Below, one piece after another: positions 1 to 13,338 of a stretch of 64,000 bases of DNA. The DNA is taken from assembly GCF_964204645.1 (NCBI RefSeq), contig NC_134029.1:17354950-17418949 (forward strand), in the 5' to 3' direction. The notes below the pieces were generated by a model. It searched no databases. It saw only the letters and a program-made list of their open reading frames with translations, and was not told where the DNA came from. The position numbers were made by a program, and so were the translations under genes. The stretch comes from Tubulanus polymorphus. Its lineage: Eukaryota > Animalia > Nemertea. Position 1 is the first letter of the stretch. Each line of letters begins with the position of its first letter.

Positions 1-213
1 CGACCATTCAACCTTTAACCTGAAAGCCCATTACCCCTATTACTCTTAAAATAATCATATACATGAATAACATTTAAATTGACAGATTATTCAATATAAA
101 AGTATATATTTACAACATTATTTCAATATTCATATTTGTGTAGATTTTTAAACATTAAAAGTGTTAGTAAAGTGTGATTGAAATAATACATGATATAAAT
201 CATTGAACTTCTA
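1..213 (+). repeat. Left TIR of the Maverick (inner part only)
   Basis: Reverse complement of ~16552-16770 with few differences. Confidence 0.9.
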
Positions 214-246
214 AATTCATATTTAAAAAAAAAATTTGATATTAAA

Positions 247-3200
247 ATGGAAGCAAATAAGTACTACTGTCCAACATGTAATATCAATATAGATAAATCC
301 CAAAAAGCAAGACACAATAAAACTAAAACACATTTAGAGAATAAATTGAAACTAGAATATGAAGATGATATATTAGAAACTAAATTAGATGAATTAAAGA
401 ATGAAAAAGAAACATACAAGTGTGATACATGTAATCAATCATTCAGTGATAAAAGATATTATAAAGAACATTTAAAATCTAAAAGCCATATTAGAAATAA
501 GAATAATGATATTTTAGGTGAAGATTATTTTGATAAAGATAATGTTAAAAAACAGAAGACAATTAAAAGTATAAAAAATAAATTAAACAATAAAAGACCA
601 TACATGGAAGATGTAAGAAATTATATTAATTCATTAGATAATAAAAAAGATATAGAGATAACCGAAGCATTTAAAAGTGATATTGGTCCAGCAGCTATCG
701 AGTTTAAATGTCATAAAGGAAAAACATTAGAAGAAAATAAAAAACATTTAGAAAATATGAAAGAAATAATAAAAATAATAACTGATGTTGAATATCCTAA
801 AATAAGTATTTCATCAAAAGTTAAATTCATAAAATCTGAAGATAAACCAATATATAATATAAATTCTCATTCACAACATATTATATCTAAACAACATGTA
901 GATGATAAATTAGATAAATGTTATAATGAAGTAAAAACTAAAATAGAAGAGAAATATTTTGAAGGATCTGGTTTAATATTTGATGAAATAATATTTATGA
1001 CTTAACATGTTTATAACACAAAATATAATAAGTTAACTAAATCGAAACCAATTGATGAAAATAATGTATCATATTATAAAGAACCAGATATTGAAGCATC
1101 AAGTTATATTAAACTACCATTTAAAACTAATGCTGTAATAAATGTACAAAATGAAGATGATAAATGTTTTCTATGGGCTATAATAAGTTGTTTACACCCA
1201 GTTGAAGATTATAATAAACATACTTATAGATTAACAAATTATAAACAATTTGAAAATAATTATAAGATAGATAAGTATCCTGTTATAATTAAAAACATCC
1301 CAAAAATAGAAAGAGATAATAATATAAAGATAAATGTATTTGATTTAATCAAATTACCAAATACAAAAGGTAACAATATAAAAAATTATACATTAGAACC
1401 TTTATACCTATCAAAAGATTATGATTCAAACGATGTTATAGATATACTATATTATGAGAATCATTATATGTAGATTAAACAAATAGATTTATTTTTTAAA
1501 TCAGAAAATGATCACCATAAAATATATCTTTGTAGAAAATGTTTACATAGATTCAGTAATGAAAGTACATTATTAAATCATAAACAATTATGTGAAAATC
1601 ATGATTATTGTAAATTAGTTTTACCAAATGAAAAGGATAAAATATTAGAATTCAAAAAATATGATTACAAAAATAAAGTACCATTTGTAATATATGGAGA
1701 TTTTGAATCATTAAATAAAGAACTAACTGATCAAGATAGAAAAGAATTATATTATAAGAGAAAGAAATTAAATTCTAATGAAAATGATTATTCTGAAGAA
1801 CCGCCAATAACAAATACTATTAAAAAGATTCATCAATCAGCTGCTGCTTTTGGGTTATATATTAAATCTGATTATCCAGAACTAATTAAAAGTGAATATT
1901 ATAATTATAGAAATGCAAATGTTATCAATCATTTTTGTGACTTATTAATTGAATATGAAATAAGATCTAGTAAATTATTGAATACAAATATAGAAATTAT
2001 AATGACAGAAGAAGATAAAGAAGCATTTGAGTTTGCAGATAAATGTTATTATTGTGAAAAGATATTTAATTATAAAGATAAAAAAGTATGAGACCATGAT
2101 CAATTGATAAATTTGATTGGAAGAGAAGAATCCTAGATATTGCAGATGATTCAGATACTGGTTACTTCTTTGTTGTAGATTTAGAATATCCTGAAGATAA
2201 AAAATTTAAATCTAGAAATCTAGCTTACTGTCCCGAACATAAAACTGTAACTCATGAAGAATTATCAAATTACCAAAAAAGAATTAAACCTGAAAATCAT
2301 ATTCATACAGAAAAGTTAATGGTAACTCAGGAAGATAAATATAATTATGTAGTACATTATAGAATGTTAAAGTTTTATCTAAAACAAGGAATGGTTCTAA
2401 AAAAAGTACATAGATATATTTCATTTAGTCAATCTAAGTGGTTAGAAAAATATATAGATTTTAACACCAAACAGAGAACTAAAGCTAAAACTGATTTCGA
2501 GAAAGATTTCTTCAAGTTAATGAATAATGCATTCTATGGTAAGACTTGTGAAAATATTAGAAATAGAAATGATCTTGAGTTAGTAAGTAATGGCAAAAGG
2601 ATAAGGCATTTACAATCATATCCTAAATTTATAGGTAACAGAATATTTGATGAAAATTTAGCTGCAGTTAAAATGAGAAGAACATCAATGAAATTTAATA
2701 AACCAATCTATGTTGGCGCATCAGTTTTAGAATTATAAAAATTACTAATGTATGAATTCTATTATAATGTATTACAACCACTTTTTGGAGAAAAACATAT
2801 AGAAATATTATATTTTGATACCGACAGTTGCATATTAAAGATAAAAACTGATAACATAACTGATGATTTAAAAACATTAAAACATCATTTTGATTTTAGT
2901 AACTATCCTAAAGATCATGAATTGTTTAGCAATGATAATAAAAAAGTTCCTGGTAAATTCAAAGATGAATTAGGTGGTGAAGAAATGATTGAATTCATTG
3001 GTATTAGATCTAAAATGGATTCATATAAAACTAAAGAACATGAAGCTAAAAAGTTAAAAGGAATAACCAAAAGTGTAGTAGAAAAGAATATTCATTTCAA
3101 AGATTACATCAATTGTATATTCAATGAAGAAGTTAGAAAACATAAGATGAGATGTTTAAGATCTGAAGATCATGAAATGTTTATTGAAGAAATTGAAAAG

Positions 3201-3326
3201 ATAAGTCTAAACCCATTTGATGATAAAAGATATATTCTGGATGATGGAATTCATACAGTTGCTTATGGTTGTAATTTAGATGAATACTTAAATATAAAAG
3301 AGAAAAAACAAAAGAGAACGAGATAA
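247..3326 (+). pseudogene. Protein-primed family B DNA polymerase with N-terminal C2H2 zinc fingers; disrupted
   Basis: Motifs INVQNEDDKCFLWA, IYGDFES, KLMNNAFYGK, YFDTDS, GKFKDE, KLKGI and DDKRY. Stops near 1003, 1471, 2089 and 2736. The sequence jumps from CxxC...DHD (~2100) directly to GYFFVVDLEYP, implying an internal deletion. Confidence 0.93.
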
Positions 3327-3378
3327 TGAAAAGAATTCTAACGTGTTAATCAAATTTTAATAAAAGTATGTATTATAA

Positions 3379-3705
3379 ATGGAGAGTAAACAAACAGATA
3401 GAATTAAAGATATAACAAATGTAAAATCTGTAGATTATAAATTCAAAAAGTTAACAGAATTAACAATTCATAAGAAATATCTAATTACAAATATTGATAC
3501 AGTTACTAATAACTATGGAGATGAATTAGTTATACACTTAGAATATGAAGGATTAAAAGGAAATACACATAAATTCAGAACATATTTACAGGATAGATTT
3601 CATAGATTATCAAGTGAAGACTTAGAAGAATTATGTTCTGGTGATTTCTATTTCGTATACAAAGGTAAGAATGAAAAAGGGCACCATGAATTAGATTTCG
3701 AATAA
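3379..3705 (+). CDS. Small Maverick protein, possibly OB-fold/ssDNA-binding-like (inference)
   Basis: Intact 108-aa ORF directly after pPolB with a TAAATG start; KKLTEL...YG...TYL pattern. Confidence 0.55.
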   Translation: MESKQTDRIKDITNVKSVDYKFKKLTELTIHKKYLITNIDTVTNNYGDELVIHLEYEGLKGNTHKFRTYLQDRFHRLSSEDLEELCSGDFYFVYKGKNEKGHHELDFE

Positions 3706-3722
3706 GAAAATATGTAAAATAA

Positions 3723-4480
3723 ATGGCGGAATTAAAAGAATACAGAATATTTGTTGATTCAAGAAAACTTACTAATTATAAATCTCATAATTTACTAGTT
3801 CAATTAGATAGAGAATTTAAGAATTGTGTAGATTTAAAATTAGTTAATATAAGTTTATGTAATTATTTTTATAATATAACGGATAAAACTATTGAAGATA
3901 ATACTTTTTTAATTCATATTGGAAATGTAGATAAATGGTTTCATATAATTTTAAAACCAGGATTATATAATTTAGAAACATTAGCTCAAGAAATTAATCG
4001 AAGAGCACGGTTGAAAATTAGAAGAGATGATAAATTTTTGATTAGATTTATAAAAAGTGATAGCACAAATAAAATTAAAATAAAGGTATATGATGAAAGT
4101 CAACATGCATTTATGGTAAAAAACCATTAGCTAAATTGCTAGGAATTGCACCAGATACTGTTACAGGAAACATAGATGGTAATTCAAATATAATACCATT
4201 TACACACTTTTATATTTATTGCAATTTAATCGAGCCTACAAAAACTTTCGAAGCAACTAAAGAAACAATTTGTAGTTCTAGTATACTAAATATTTTACCG
4301 CTAAAAAATGTTAAACAATTTGGAACTCAAATAAATTATAATTTAACAGAATGTGATTTTAAACCTTGCATTCCTAAATTTAATAATTTTAAATTAGAAA
4401 TAAGAAATCATAATGGATATTTAATTAATTTGAATAACTTTCCTGTAATTTATGAATTAGTTATAAGATGTAAAGAGTAA
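3723..4480 (+). pseudogene. Minor capsid (penton) protein, frameshifted
   Basis: Two out-of-frame ORFs; beta-rich; YIYCNLIE and C-terminal LEIRNHNGYLINLNNFPVIYELVIR resemble Polinton pentons. Confidence 0.72.
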
Positions 4481-4496
4481 TTTTTTCATTATATAA

Positions 4497-4851
4497 ATGA
4501 ATATAACTGTTGGACCGAGTATATGTTTTGGGTTTGATTTTAAACATGAGAAAGAAATTTAACATTAATGATGTAATTACACATATCAAAAATATTACAT
4601 TTTCTAATGAAACAACATTTGAGTATGAAACAACAATAGATAAAGAAACTTTAAATGTAGAAAAGATTACTAATTTAATTAGAGAATCTTTAAGATTTTA
4701 TGAATTAGATGAAGATTTTATCATAGATGAAATTATATTAGAAATAATAATTGAAATATATACAAATGAAACTAGTAATGAAATAAATGTTGATTTAATC
4801 ATCACTAAGATAAATAAATATTTTGATGATAGTAATTTTTTTGATAAATGA
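4497..4851 (+). pseudogene. Acidic Maverick hypothetical protein; probable true start at the TAAATG ATG 4497, then a frameshift
   Basis: ORF 4510-4851 starts at TTG; an upstream TAAATG lies in another frame. Confidence 0.4.
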
Positions 4852-5073
4852 ATGAGTGATAATAAGTGGATAATAACTGGATTATATAATGGAGCATTAC
4901 TATCAGTTGGAACTGTTGGTTATTCAATGGTATTAAAAAAAGTATTTAAAATGGGAAGTGTTAATGTTGATAGATTTGATATAAATGATATTTTAAAATT
5001 AACGTTAGCAGTTACTTTATCTAATTTAACTATTGATTATTTAGAAAAACAAAAATATAATCCTCCCATATAA
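4852..5073 (+). CDS. Small hydrophobic Maverick protein
   Basis: 73-aa ORF with two hydrophobic/amphipathic segments, tightly packed in the gene array. Confidence 0.6.
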   Translation: MSDNKWIITGLYNGALLSVGTVGYSMVLKKVFKMGSVNVDRFDINDILKLTLAVTLSNLTIDYLEKQKYNPPI

Positions 5074-5097
5074 ATGCATAATTATTTTACTAAATAA

Positions 5098-5520
5098 ATG
5101 GCTTCTGCAGTTATAACTATTATAGGATCGGCAATTGTTAACGCTTTAGCATTTACTGGTGGTGGTTATTTATTTAAACATATTGATAAAAATGGTTCAT
5201 TAACAGAACAAAAAAGACATAACTTAGCATTAGAGAAATACAATAAAGCTGCAGAAGAATATAGAGAAAAGAGACAAAACTATATGGATTATATTAACAA
5301 AGAATTATATGATCAGAAGGTTTCACACAGAGATTTTCAATCAGTTGATGATGCAATGAGTTTATATAACGCAGTAACAAATAAAGAAAAATTAAATCTA
5401 TACAAACCCAAATTATCAGATTATTATACCCCAAGTAAAGAACAACAGAAATATGAAATAATATGGATTTTAGGTGGAACTGTTATTGTTATATTTGTAG
5501 CGTATAAGTTTACTAATTAG
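5098..5520 (+). CDS. Maverick membrane protein (hydrophobic N-terminus, coiled coil, C-terminal TM)
   Basis: Intact 140-aa ORF: IVNALAFTGGGYLF...EQKRHNLALEK...IIWILGGTVIVIFVAYKF; TAAATG start. Confidence 0.7.
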   Translation: MASAVITIIGSAIVNALAFTGGGYLFKHIDKNGSLTEQKRHNLALEKYNKAAEEYREKRQNYMDYINKELYDQKVSHRDFQSVDDAMSLYNAVTNKEKLNLYKPKLSDYYTPSKEQQKYEIIWILGGTVIVIFVAYKFTN

Positions 5521-5540
5521 TAATTTTTTTTGCTAAATAA

Positions 5541-5972
5541 ATGGAAGATAAAGTTGATAATATTGATATTATTCCTCATATAAAAAAAGCTAAATTAAAA
5601 ACATATTTAGAAAAACAAATATTAGAATTTGAAAGTGACTTAAAAGTTAAAAAGAAAAAATATTTAAAATCTAAAATTATATATTATTTGATTATAAGTA
5701 GTTCGGTTACAATTAGTTCTGTAATAACATTTCTAGCAATATTTTCACCATTAACACCTTTAGCTATATCAATTGGTGTGTTAGGTTTAAGTTCAAGTGT
5801 TTTAACTGGTATAAGTTCAAAATTAAATATAAAAAGTAATAAAGAAAAAATTAAAACTAATATAAAAGAAATTAATAAATTAAAGAATACACTAGATTAT
5901 ATAATAAGTTTAAATGGCCATATAACAGTTGAAGAACAAGATAAATTATTAAAAGAATTAATAAATTATTAA
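5541..5972 (+). CDS. Two-TM hairpin protein flanked by basic coiled coils
   Basis: Intact 143-aa ORF with a ~45-aa Ser/Gly-rich hydrophobic hairpin; TAAATG start. Confidence 0.65.
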   Translation: MEDKVDNIDIIPHIKKAKLKTYLEKQILEFESDLKVKKKKYLKSKIIYYLIISSSVTISSVITFLAIFSPLTPLAISIGVLGLSSSVLTGISSKLNIKSNKEKIKTNIKEINKLKNTLDYIISLNGHITVEEQDKLLKELINY

Positions 5973-5988
5973 TTTTTTTATTATATAA

Positions 5989-7326
5989 ATGGTAGATAGT
6001 TTTCCAAAAGCTTTCCAATATAATAAATCAATTAAATATAATATTCCTGCAATAGATTTTAATAAAGATATTACATATAGAAATGAAGTTTTAAATTCAT
6101 TAATTGATTTATTTATTTATGTTACTGAAAGTAATAATTTTCATGTAAAGATGGAAAATATATTTCATGTGTATACAATTAATTTCAATAATTTAAATGA
6201 GGCAAAACAATGGTTATTAAAATCTAATATGAAGTATTGGCAGAACCAATTAAATTTTGCTGTTTATTGCAACAACATTGTGCAACAACAGGATGTGGAA
6301 TTAGTTGGAATGATCATTTAAACAAACCAAGTTTACCATTGATGTTATCACTTTTTAGATTTCATACTTATTTTCAAATAAAATTAATATTAGATGAATT
6401 AGAATGTCCTTTACCAGGCTCAAAATATTTTAAAGAATTGAATAATAATATTAATTTTTCTAAGTTTTATAAAATATGTAATGAATTTAATATTAATTCA
6501 AATAAAGATTTTAGAGCAAAAATTGGAACAATGCGTGGATTAGGAATATTATATACTAAAGAATTTGGAAAAATAATGACAAATTCAGATATAAGAACAC
6601 TAAATTGGAATGAATTACCAAAATATTATAATAATATACAACAACAAAACAATAATGGTTGGGTTAATTTCATTTTAGAAAATAGTGAAGGTTTTACTAA
6701 AGCTGGAATACAAAGAATAAATCAATCAATTAGAACTTATTTGATATGTATTTTAGGCGCGCAAGTTGAAACAAGATCCCCAATAATTGGAAATGATAAC
6801 ATTTCATTCGATGCGCAGAAACAATTCAAAGTTTTATTTGAAGATTCCATTCATAATGATAAAAATAGATCGATTCCGGAAAACATTGTAAGATATCAAA
6901 ATTATCTAGATAAATCACATATTAGATTAAATTATTGTATAGGCCCTAATCTATTAATTATTTCTAATGATTTAGTACTAAAGATGGGAAACATAATTGG
7001 TTACAATAATCTAATTAAAACTGCAACAATAAATAATTCATTTGGATTAAATGATATAAATAAAAAGATTATTACTGCTCCAAAATTAATGGAAGGTGAA
7101 AAAAAATAAAAAACACATTCAATCAACAGAAACTAAAACTAATAATATTAAATTAAATAATGATTCTAAAATAAAAGATTACAATACATCAGAAAATATA
7201 AAAACTGATAATATTCAACATGATATAATTAAACTAAATGATGATAATAAATCCCATGAAAATACTAAATTAGCTTTAACTTGTATAGGAATTGTAATCG
7301 GAGGAATATTATATTTTAAATTTTAA
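5989..7326 (+). pseudogene. Maverick hypothetical protein (WQNQLNFAV-CATTGCG type) with C-terminal TM; frameshifted
   Basis: Three overlapping ORFs. One shift coincides with a local duplication (GCAACAACATTGT-GCAACAACA, ~6269-6290), another with an A-run near 7100. Confidence 0.65.
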
Positions 7327-7341
7327 TTTTTTATTATGTAA

Positions 7342-8924
7342 ATGGCAGAAGGTGGAGAAGATTATGAAATGGAAGGCATGGGAAATGATAATGAAGGATA
7401 TATTGATGATGATTATAATGATGCAGAAACTAATATTGATGATGGTAATGAATCAGCATATAATTCTAATTTAGCAGATAGTGGTTCTAAAGCCCCATCA
7501 ACAGATGAATTTGATAGAAGAACTAGATCGAGAATACCTCCTGAAAATTTAAATCAAGGTTTATCAAGACAAGATTTAGAATATAATAAAATTATTTATA
7601 AATTCAAACCTGTGTCTGAAAGATCTGGGTATAATATAAGTGATAGAGATGCTGAACTTTTAGTAGAAAATTTAAAACTTTTTAAAGGTAAATATTATTA
7701 TCATTTGGATGGTGATTATTATATTGATATCACTAATCAAAGGACAAAACTAAATAAAATATTAGCGGAATCAACTTTGAGAAAATTAGATCCAGATAGA
7801 ATAATCAATAGTTATGAAATAACTGATGTTACACAAGAAGAAAGAGATGATAATATAACAGAATTTAGTGAAAGAATTGATGACTTATTAAAAATAATCA
7901 ATAAAAATTCAGAAACAGAAATGGAAGAGTATAGAGATCGATTAGATAGATTAAGATCTTCAACACCAGAAACATCGAGAAGAGATATTCAACAAATTGA
8001 TAATGATTCAAATCAATTAGAATTAGGAAAACGTTTAGATAACTTACTGGATAGAATGAATTCATTTGAAGAAGATATGATTAGTGTTTTAGATACACCC
8101 GGTGCTGAAACTGGAATAAATCGAATACAATCTTTACAAGAAAAAGGATTATTTGATTTAACTGATGATGAATTAGAAGCATTTCCTGAACAAACACGTA
8201 GAGAAATTAAAGGTATGCAAGAATCAGCTGATAAAATTGCGCATGAAAAAAGTAAAAGAGATATTAAAATTAGAACTTTAAAAAAAGAATTAACTGATAA
8301 AAATAAAGAAATAGAACAACTAAAATTAGATAGAGATAATAAAGTTATTGAAGAAATCGAATTTAAAAAAAGAAATGCATATTTAGAAAAAGAAATAGAT
8401 GATTTAAAATATAACAAAGAATTACAGAAAAAAGAAAGAGATACATTATTAAAATCATATGATCTTAATCATATTAAAAAATTAAAAGTTATTTTAAAGA
8501 TTTGTTGATAAAACCAGATTCTAAAATATCATTGAAAGATAGAATAAAATTATTATTTAAATTAGAAGGAATAACAATTCTTTCAATTCTAACAGCTGTA
8601 ACTATGTTATTTACAACAATTGGTTTAGCAATATCAAATGCTTTAAAATCTACTCCTACTCCAAATAAACCAGATAAACCCCCAGGTAATAATTCTATAC
8701 AAGATAAAGTTAAGGATGGTTTAAAGAAATTAGCAAAATATTTATGGGAACTCTCAAAGAAATCTGCTGCAGCATTGCCAGGAGTTATTGCATCAATTGT
8801 TGGTTTTATATTGAAATCTGCAGGAAACATTATTAACTTTGCTGCTGAACATATTATTTTATTTTTAATTACAGTTGTAAGTGCAATTATTTTTGGGTTA
8901 GTAAACATGATAAAAAATAAATAA
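7342..8924 (+). pseudogene. Large acidic/coiled-coil protein with C-terminal membrane helices; frameshift near 8490-8505
   Basis: 388-aa and 140-aa overlapping ORFs; C-terminal EGITILSILTA...AAALPGVIASIVGFIL hydrophobic helices. Confidence 0.65.
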
Positions 8925-8943
8925 TTAATTTTTTGTTAAATAA

Positions 8944-10190
8944 ATGAGTGGGAGTTATATCAATCCTTCTAAGAATCATAGAATATCTAATGCAATTAAA
9001 GCAGAAAGATCACATCATATAATTACACATAATCCTTCAAATATTAATCCCGATGAAACTTTATATGTTAGAATTCCTAGATTAACACAAAATACTTTTT
9101 ACGTTCCAAATAGTATTTATTTATCAGCCGATATAAAAGTAATCGGTAATAATAATAATTATGTTGTTGATAATGTTGGAAGATATTTGATTAAAAGATT
9201 AACTATAAAGATTGGACCAGAAACAGTTTTCTCATTAGATGGTTATAATTTATTTATGCATTATAAAGATTTATGGTTAACTAAAGAAAATAGAAATAAT
9301 ATGATATTTCAAGGAACCCAATCAGAAAACCAAAATAAATTAAGATCAGAAGCTAATAGCGCAATATTAACTAATGCTGTAGATAAATTGATAAAGAGTA
9401 TATATGGAAGCAAATATAAAATTCCATAAGACTTTGAATTGATAAATAACAATACACCTTTATATAAATACGCAATTCAAGAAGACGTTATATTCGAAAT
9501 AACATTTGCTCCTGTAAATGAAATTGTAATATCTAGCGTTATTAAAGATATGAGTTATAAATTATCGAATATATGTTTAGAATATGACACAGTAACTGAT
9601 GAAAATATTTCAAGTATAATTCAAACTAAATACAATCAAGGATTTTCATTATTATATGATTATATTGATAAATTTAAAACTGTAACTATTAATGCAAATG
9701 ATGAAATTATTAATGAGAATATTAACTTCCCAAGAAGATCTATTAAAGGTATATTAATATTTTATACCATTGCAACATATACTAATGGTGCAATAAATGT
9801 TGATAATTATTATAATCCTGAAATAACAAAAGTAGAAATAAATATCGAAGGAATAGCAAATAAAATATTTTGTCAAGGAATGAGAAAGATTGATCAATGG
9901 CCAGAAATTAGATAACATTTTATGAATTAAAAAGTAAAATCATCTGAAAATTGTAATATTAATCAAATTGATTATTATACCGGCAATAAATATGCATTAT
10001 GGTTAGATTTTAGAACAACAGAGGATAATTCATTAGATGGTTCTGGGAAAAAACTACAAAATACAAAAGATGGAATACAATTATTCATGACAAAGAATAA
10101 AGGAATCAAAAATTTCAAAATGCACATTTATATTATATCTGACGCGCAATTAAATATTGTAAATTCTCAATTGAATAGTGTTATGTATTA
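8944..10190 (+). pseudogene. Major capsid protein (double jelly-roll), disrupted
   Basis: About 415 codons, beta-rich: ITHNPSNINPDETLYVRIP, LSNICLEYD, YNPEITKVEINIEG, YALWLDFRT, HIYIISDAQLNI. Stops at 9427, 9913 and ~9928. Size and position fit a Polinton MCP. Confidence 0.78.
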
Positions 10191-10223
10191 AAATTTTAAC
10201 TTTAATAAAAATTTATATAATAA

Positions 10224-11121
10224 ATGGAAGGAGGTAAAGTATATAAACATATTCCATACATCGATACACATGAAAATAATGATGGTTTATATTATGTAAT
10301 ACCTTGTAATATAGCTTTGATATTTGATCCTATTTTCAAAATTTATAAAACTAAACTAATAGAAATCGATAATAATAAAAGTGGTGTTGTTTATAATTTA
10401 AGTAATGTAATTGATAATAATAATTGATAATAAATCTACATCTAATAATGTAATACCTTCTACATCTAATAATGTAATACCTTCTACATCTAATAATGTA
10501 ATACCTTCTACATCTAATAATGTAATACCTTCTACATCTAATAATGTAATACCTTCTACATCTAATAATGCAATAATATTAAATGTTAGTGAAAATAGAA
10601 ATTATTGTGATTATTGTAAAGGCGAATTTTCAAACGCTCCATCAAATTGGAATAAACATATGAATACAAAGGTACATATAAACAATGTTATAGAACGTGT
10701 TGGTAAAAGAGAATTTATAGAACACCCATTTAGATATGTTACAAAATTTGTTTCAAATAAAAAAGTAAATGGTAAAGAATTATATGAAGATTTATTATTA
10801 GCAACGCCTAATAAAGATGAATTAGATTTAACCGATGCTAATGAAATATTAGGATCAAACATTGTAAATGAAATATTAGGAGCAAACACTAATAAAGATA
10901 ATAATGAAAATACAGGAAAGCGCATTGATATTAAAGATTCTATGAAACATAAAGTAGAAAATAATGATAAATTTGATTGGATGAATAAGCATAACAATGA
11001 AACAACTATTGATGATGCGGTAAAAAGGTTGAAGAATAAGTATAAAAATAATGAAGAATTAGAAGAAGATTCGGTAGAGAGTTTGAATAAATTGTTAGGG
11101 TCTGATGATGAAAGTGATTAA
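10224..11121 (+). pseudogene. Hypothetical protein with (STSNNVIP)n repeat and a C2H2-like finger; frameshifted
   Basis: ORFs 10224-10427 and 10411-11121; CDYC...H...H motif. Confidence 0.55.
10435..10570 (+). repeat. 24-bp coding tandem repeat, ~5.6 copies
   Basis: TCTACATCTAATAATGTAATACCT repeated. Confidence 0.92.
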
Positions 11122-11520
11122 AATATTAATTATATTTAACACAAATAATAATATTGCATAAAATAATAGTAAATAAAAAAGGGGGTTTTAAGTATTTAAG
11201 GTATTTAAGGTATCTAATACATATCTAATACATATCTAATACAATCTAATACATAAAATATCTTATTTTATAAACTGATATTCATATGGAAATTGAAACC
11301 TCAGTAATAATAAATAACCTTTATTATTTTCAAACTTATTCATATATTAGTTGAAAAAATAAAAATAAATTGGTTGAAAATTGTATAAATAATATTTAAT
11401 TAAAAAAGGGGGTTTTAAGTATTTAAGGTATCTAATAGGGTATCAGGTATTAGGGTATCTAATAGGGTATCAGGTATTAGGGTATCTAATAGGGTATCTA
11501 ATACATAGATATACAAATAG

Positions 11521-12068
11521 TTATTTTATAAACTTATATTCATATGGAAATTGTAGTCTCAGTAATAATTTTGAACCTTTATTATTCTTTAATTTATTCA
11601 TATATTCATCATGTAACTCAGTAGGTATAATTTGATTTTCTTCCAATGATTGTTGCATAGATTTTTTATCTTTGTTATAAAATAAAACTAGAAATCTTAT
11701 ATTCTCCCTAAAGTCTTTAACAATTGAATTATATTTTTGATTTAAAACCCATGTTGTTATCCCGAAATGTCTCCCAGAGAAAGCTAGATAACATAACTCA
11801 CTTTCTCTAACTTTTGAATCATGTAAATTAGCGCAATCATCTACAATGAATAATGTATTTGATCCTTTATCTTTAACTTTTTCATCTTAACTATATCTCT
11901 ATTATATGTTTTATTCATTTCATAAGTAGGGCAGAATAATATTATATTATCAAAATTATTCTTATAAATAGTTTCTAACAAATCTAATATGAAATGTGTT
12001 TTACCACAGTTTGTTACACCAGTAACTAACATATTATGCGGTTCAAATATAAATAAATCTTTATTCAT
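11521..12068 (-). pseudogene. A32/FtsK-HerA-type DNA packaging ATPase, frameshifted
   Basis: Walker A GVTNCGKT; in another frame Walker B LFIVDDCA, then SGRHFGITTWVLNQKY; ends LRLQFPYEYKFIK*. Confidence 0.9.
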
Positions 12069-13179
12069 TTATTTTTTTAATTTTACTAGATAAAATCCAT
12101 TCATTAAATTTATCATCATATCCTTTATATTTCACCAAAGAATACTTTTTTGCTTTAAGAGTTTTTGTTTTCAATACTTTTTCTATTTTGTATTCTATTT
12201 CATCTGGATTTGGTACAAGTGATAATTCTTGTTCATAGAAATAACCTAATATTTCTTCATCTTTTAAATCTTCTAATTTATAAACAAAAGGTTTAGTTAA
12301 TATTATATTTTTAATCTTAAATATTTCTTCAGTAAAATTTGGAGTATAACCTTTATAAAATGTTTTTCTATATTTAGATATTCTAACATGTTGTCCTATT
12401 TTAAATTTAGGTTCTCCGAAATCATGTGTAACAAATGCTCCATATAAATTATTCCAAACTATTTCTGAATTATCTTCTTTTCTAGCTTGTATAGGTTTCA
12501 TATTTATAGAACTATGTTTAGAATTATTATAACCTTTCACCAAATCATCTAACACATCGATATATTTATATGTTTCATTAGCAGTAAAATATTTCCACAT
12601 TCTAGTTTTCAATGTTTTATTAAATCTTTCTATAATAGATGCTTTTTTATCTGAATGTGTTGAAAAATATTTTACATCGTTATCAGATAATAGTTTTTAA
12701 AAATGTTTGTTATAAAATTCCTTACCTTCATCAAATTGTATCTTATCTGGAATGGCTTCTTTAAATATTGATTTAAAAGCATTTGTTACTTCTATTCCAG
12801 TTTTATTTTTGATTGGAATTGACCATGCGTATCTACTGAATATGTCTATAACATTCAGTATCCAGAAATATCCTTTGTTGTATTCCTCTAAGTTCTTCAT
12901 GTCAATTAAATCTGCTTGCCATTGTTGATCGATATACGAAACCATAACTTTTCTTGTTAAATAAGTTTTATCCATTTTCTTGTGGATTTGATGTGTTGGT
13001 TGATTTTGTAACCATGATTTTAATTCACTATATTTTATATCACCGTGTGGGTGCCATACGGCACCATTACCATTTTCTTTATCAGATTTAATTTTATTCC
13101 ATAATTCTGAAACGTTAGAATATGATACTTCACTCTCTGGGTTATAATATAAATCTCTTAAATATTGTTCTTTTTTCAT
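12061..13179 (-). pseudogene. Retroviral-like (rve) integrase with C-terminal chromodomain, split
   Basis: WQADLID, IDIFSRYAW, QFDEGKEF, ASIIERFNKTLK; chromodomain YKIEKVL...VKYKGY...NEWI. Break near 12697. Confidence 0.93.
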
Positions 13180-13338
13180 CTTCTTTTAATCCATTAATAA
13201 TAATTTAGATTTAGTTTCAATGACTTTATGATTTGACTTATTTTCTGGTATGATAGGTATATTGTCATTGGAATCATCTTTATCATCAGATTTGAATTTT
13301 GATTTATATATTACACCGGATAATATAATAACTGTTAC

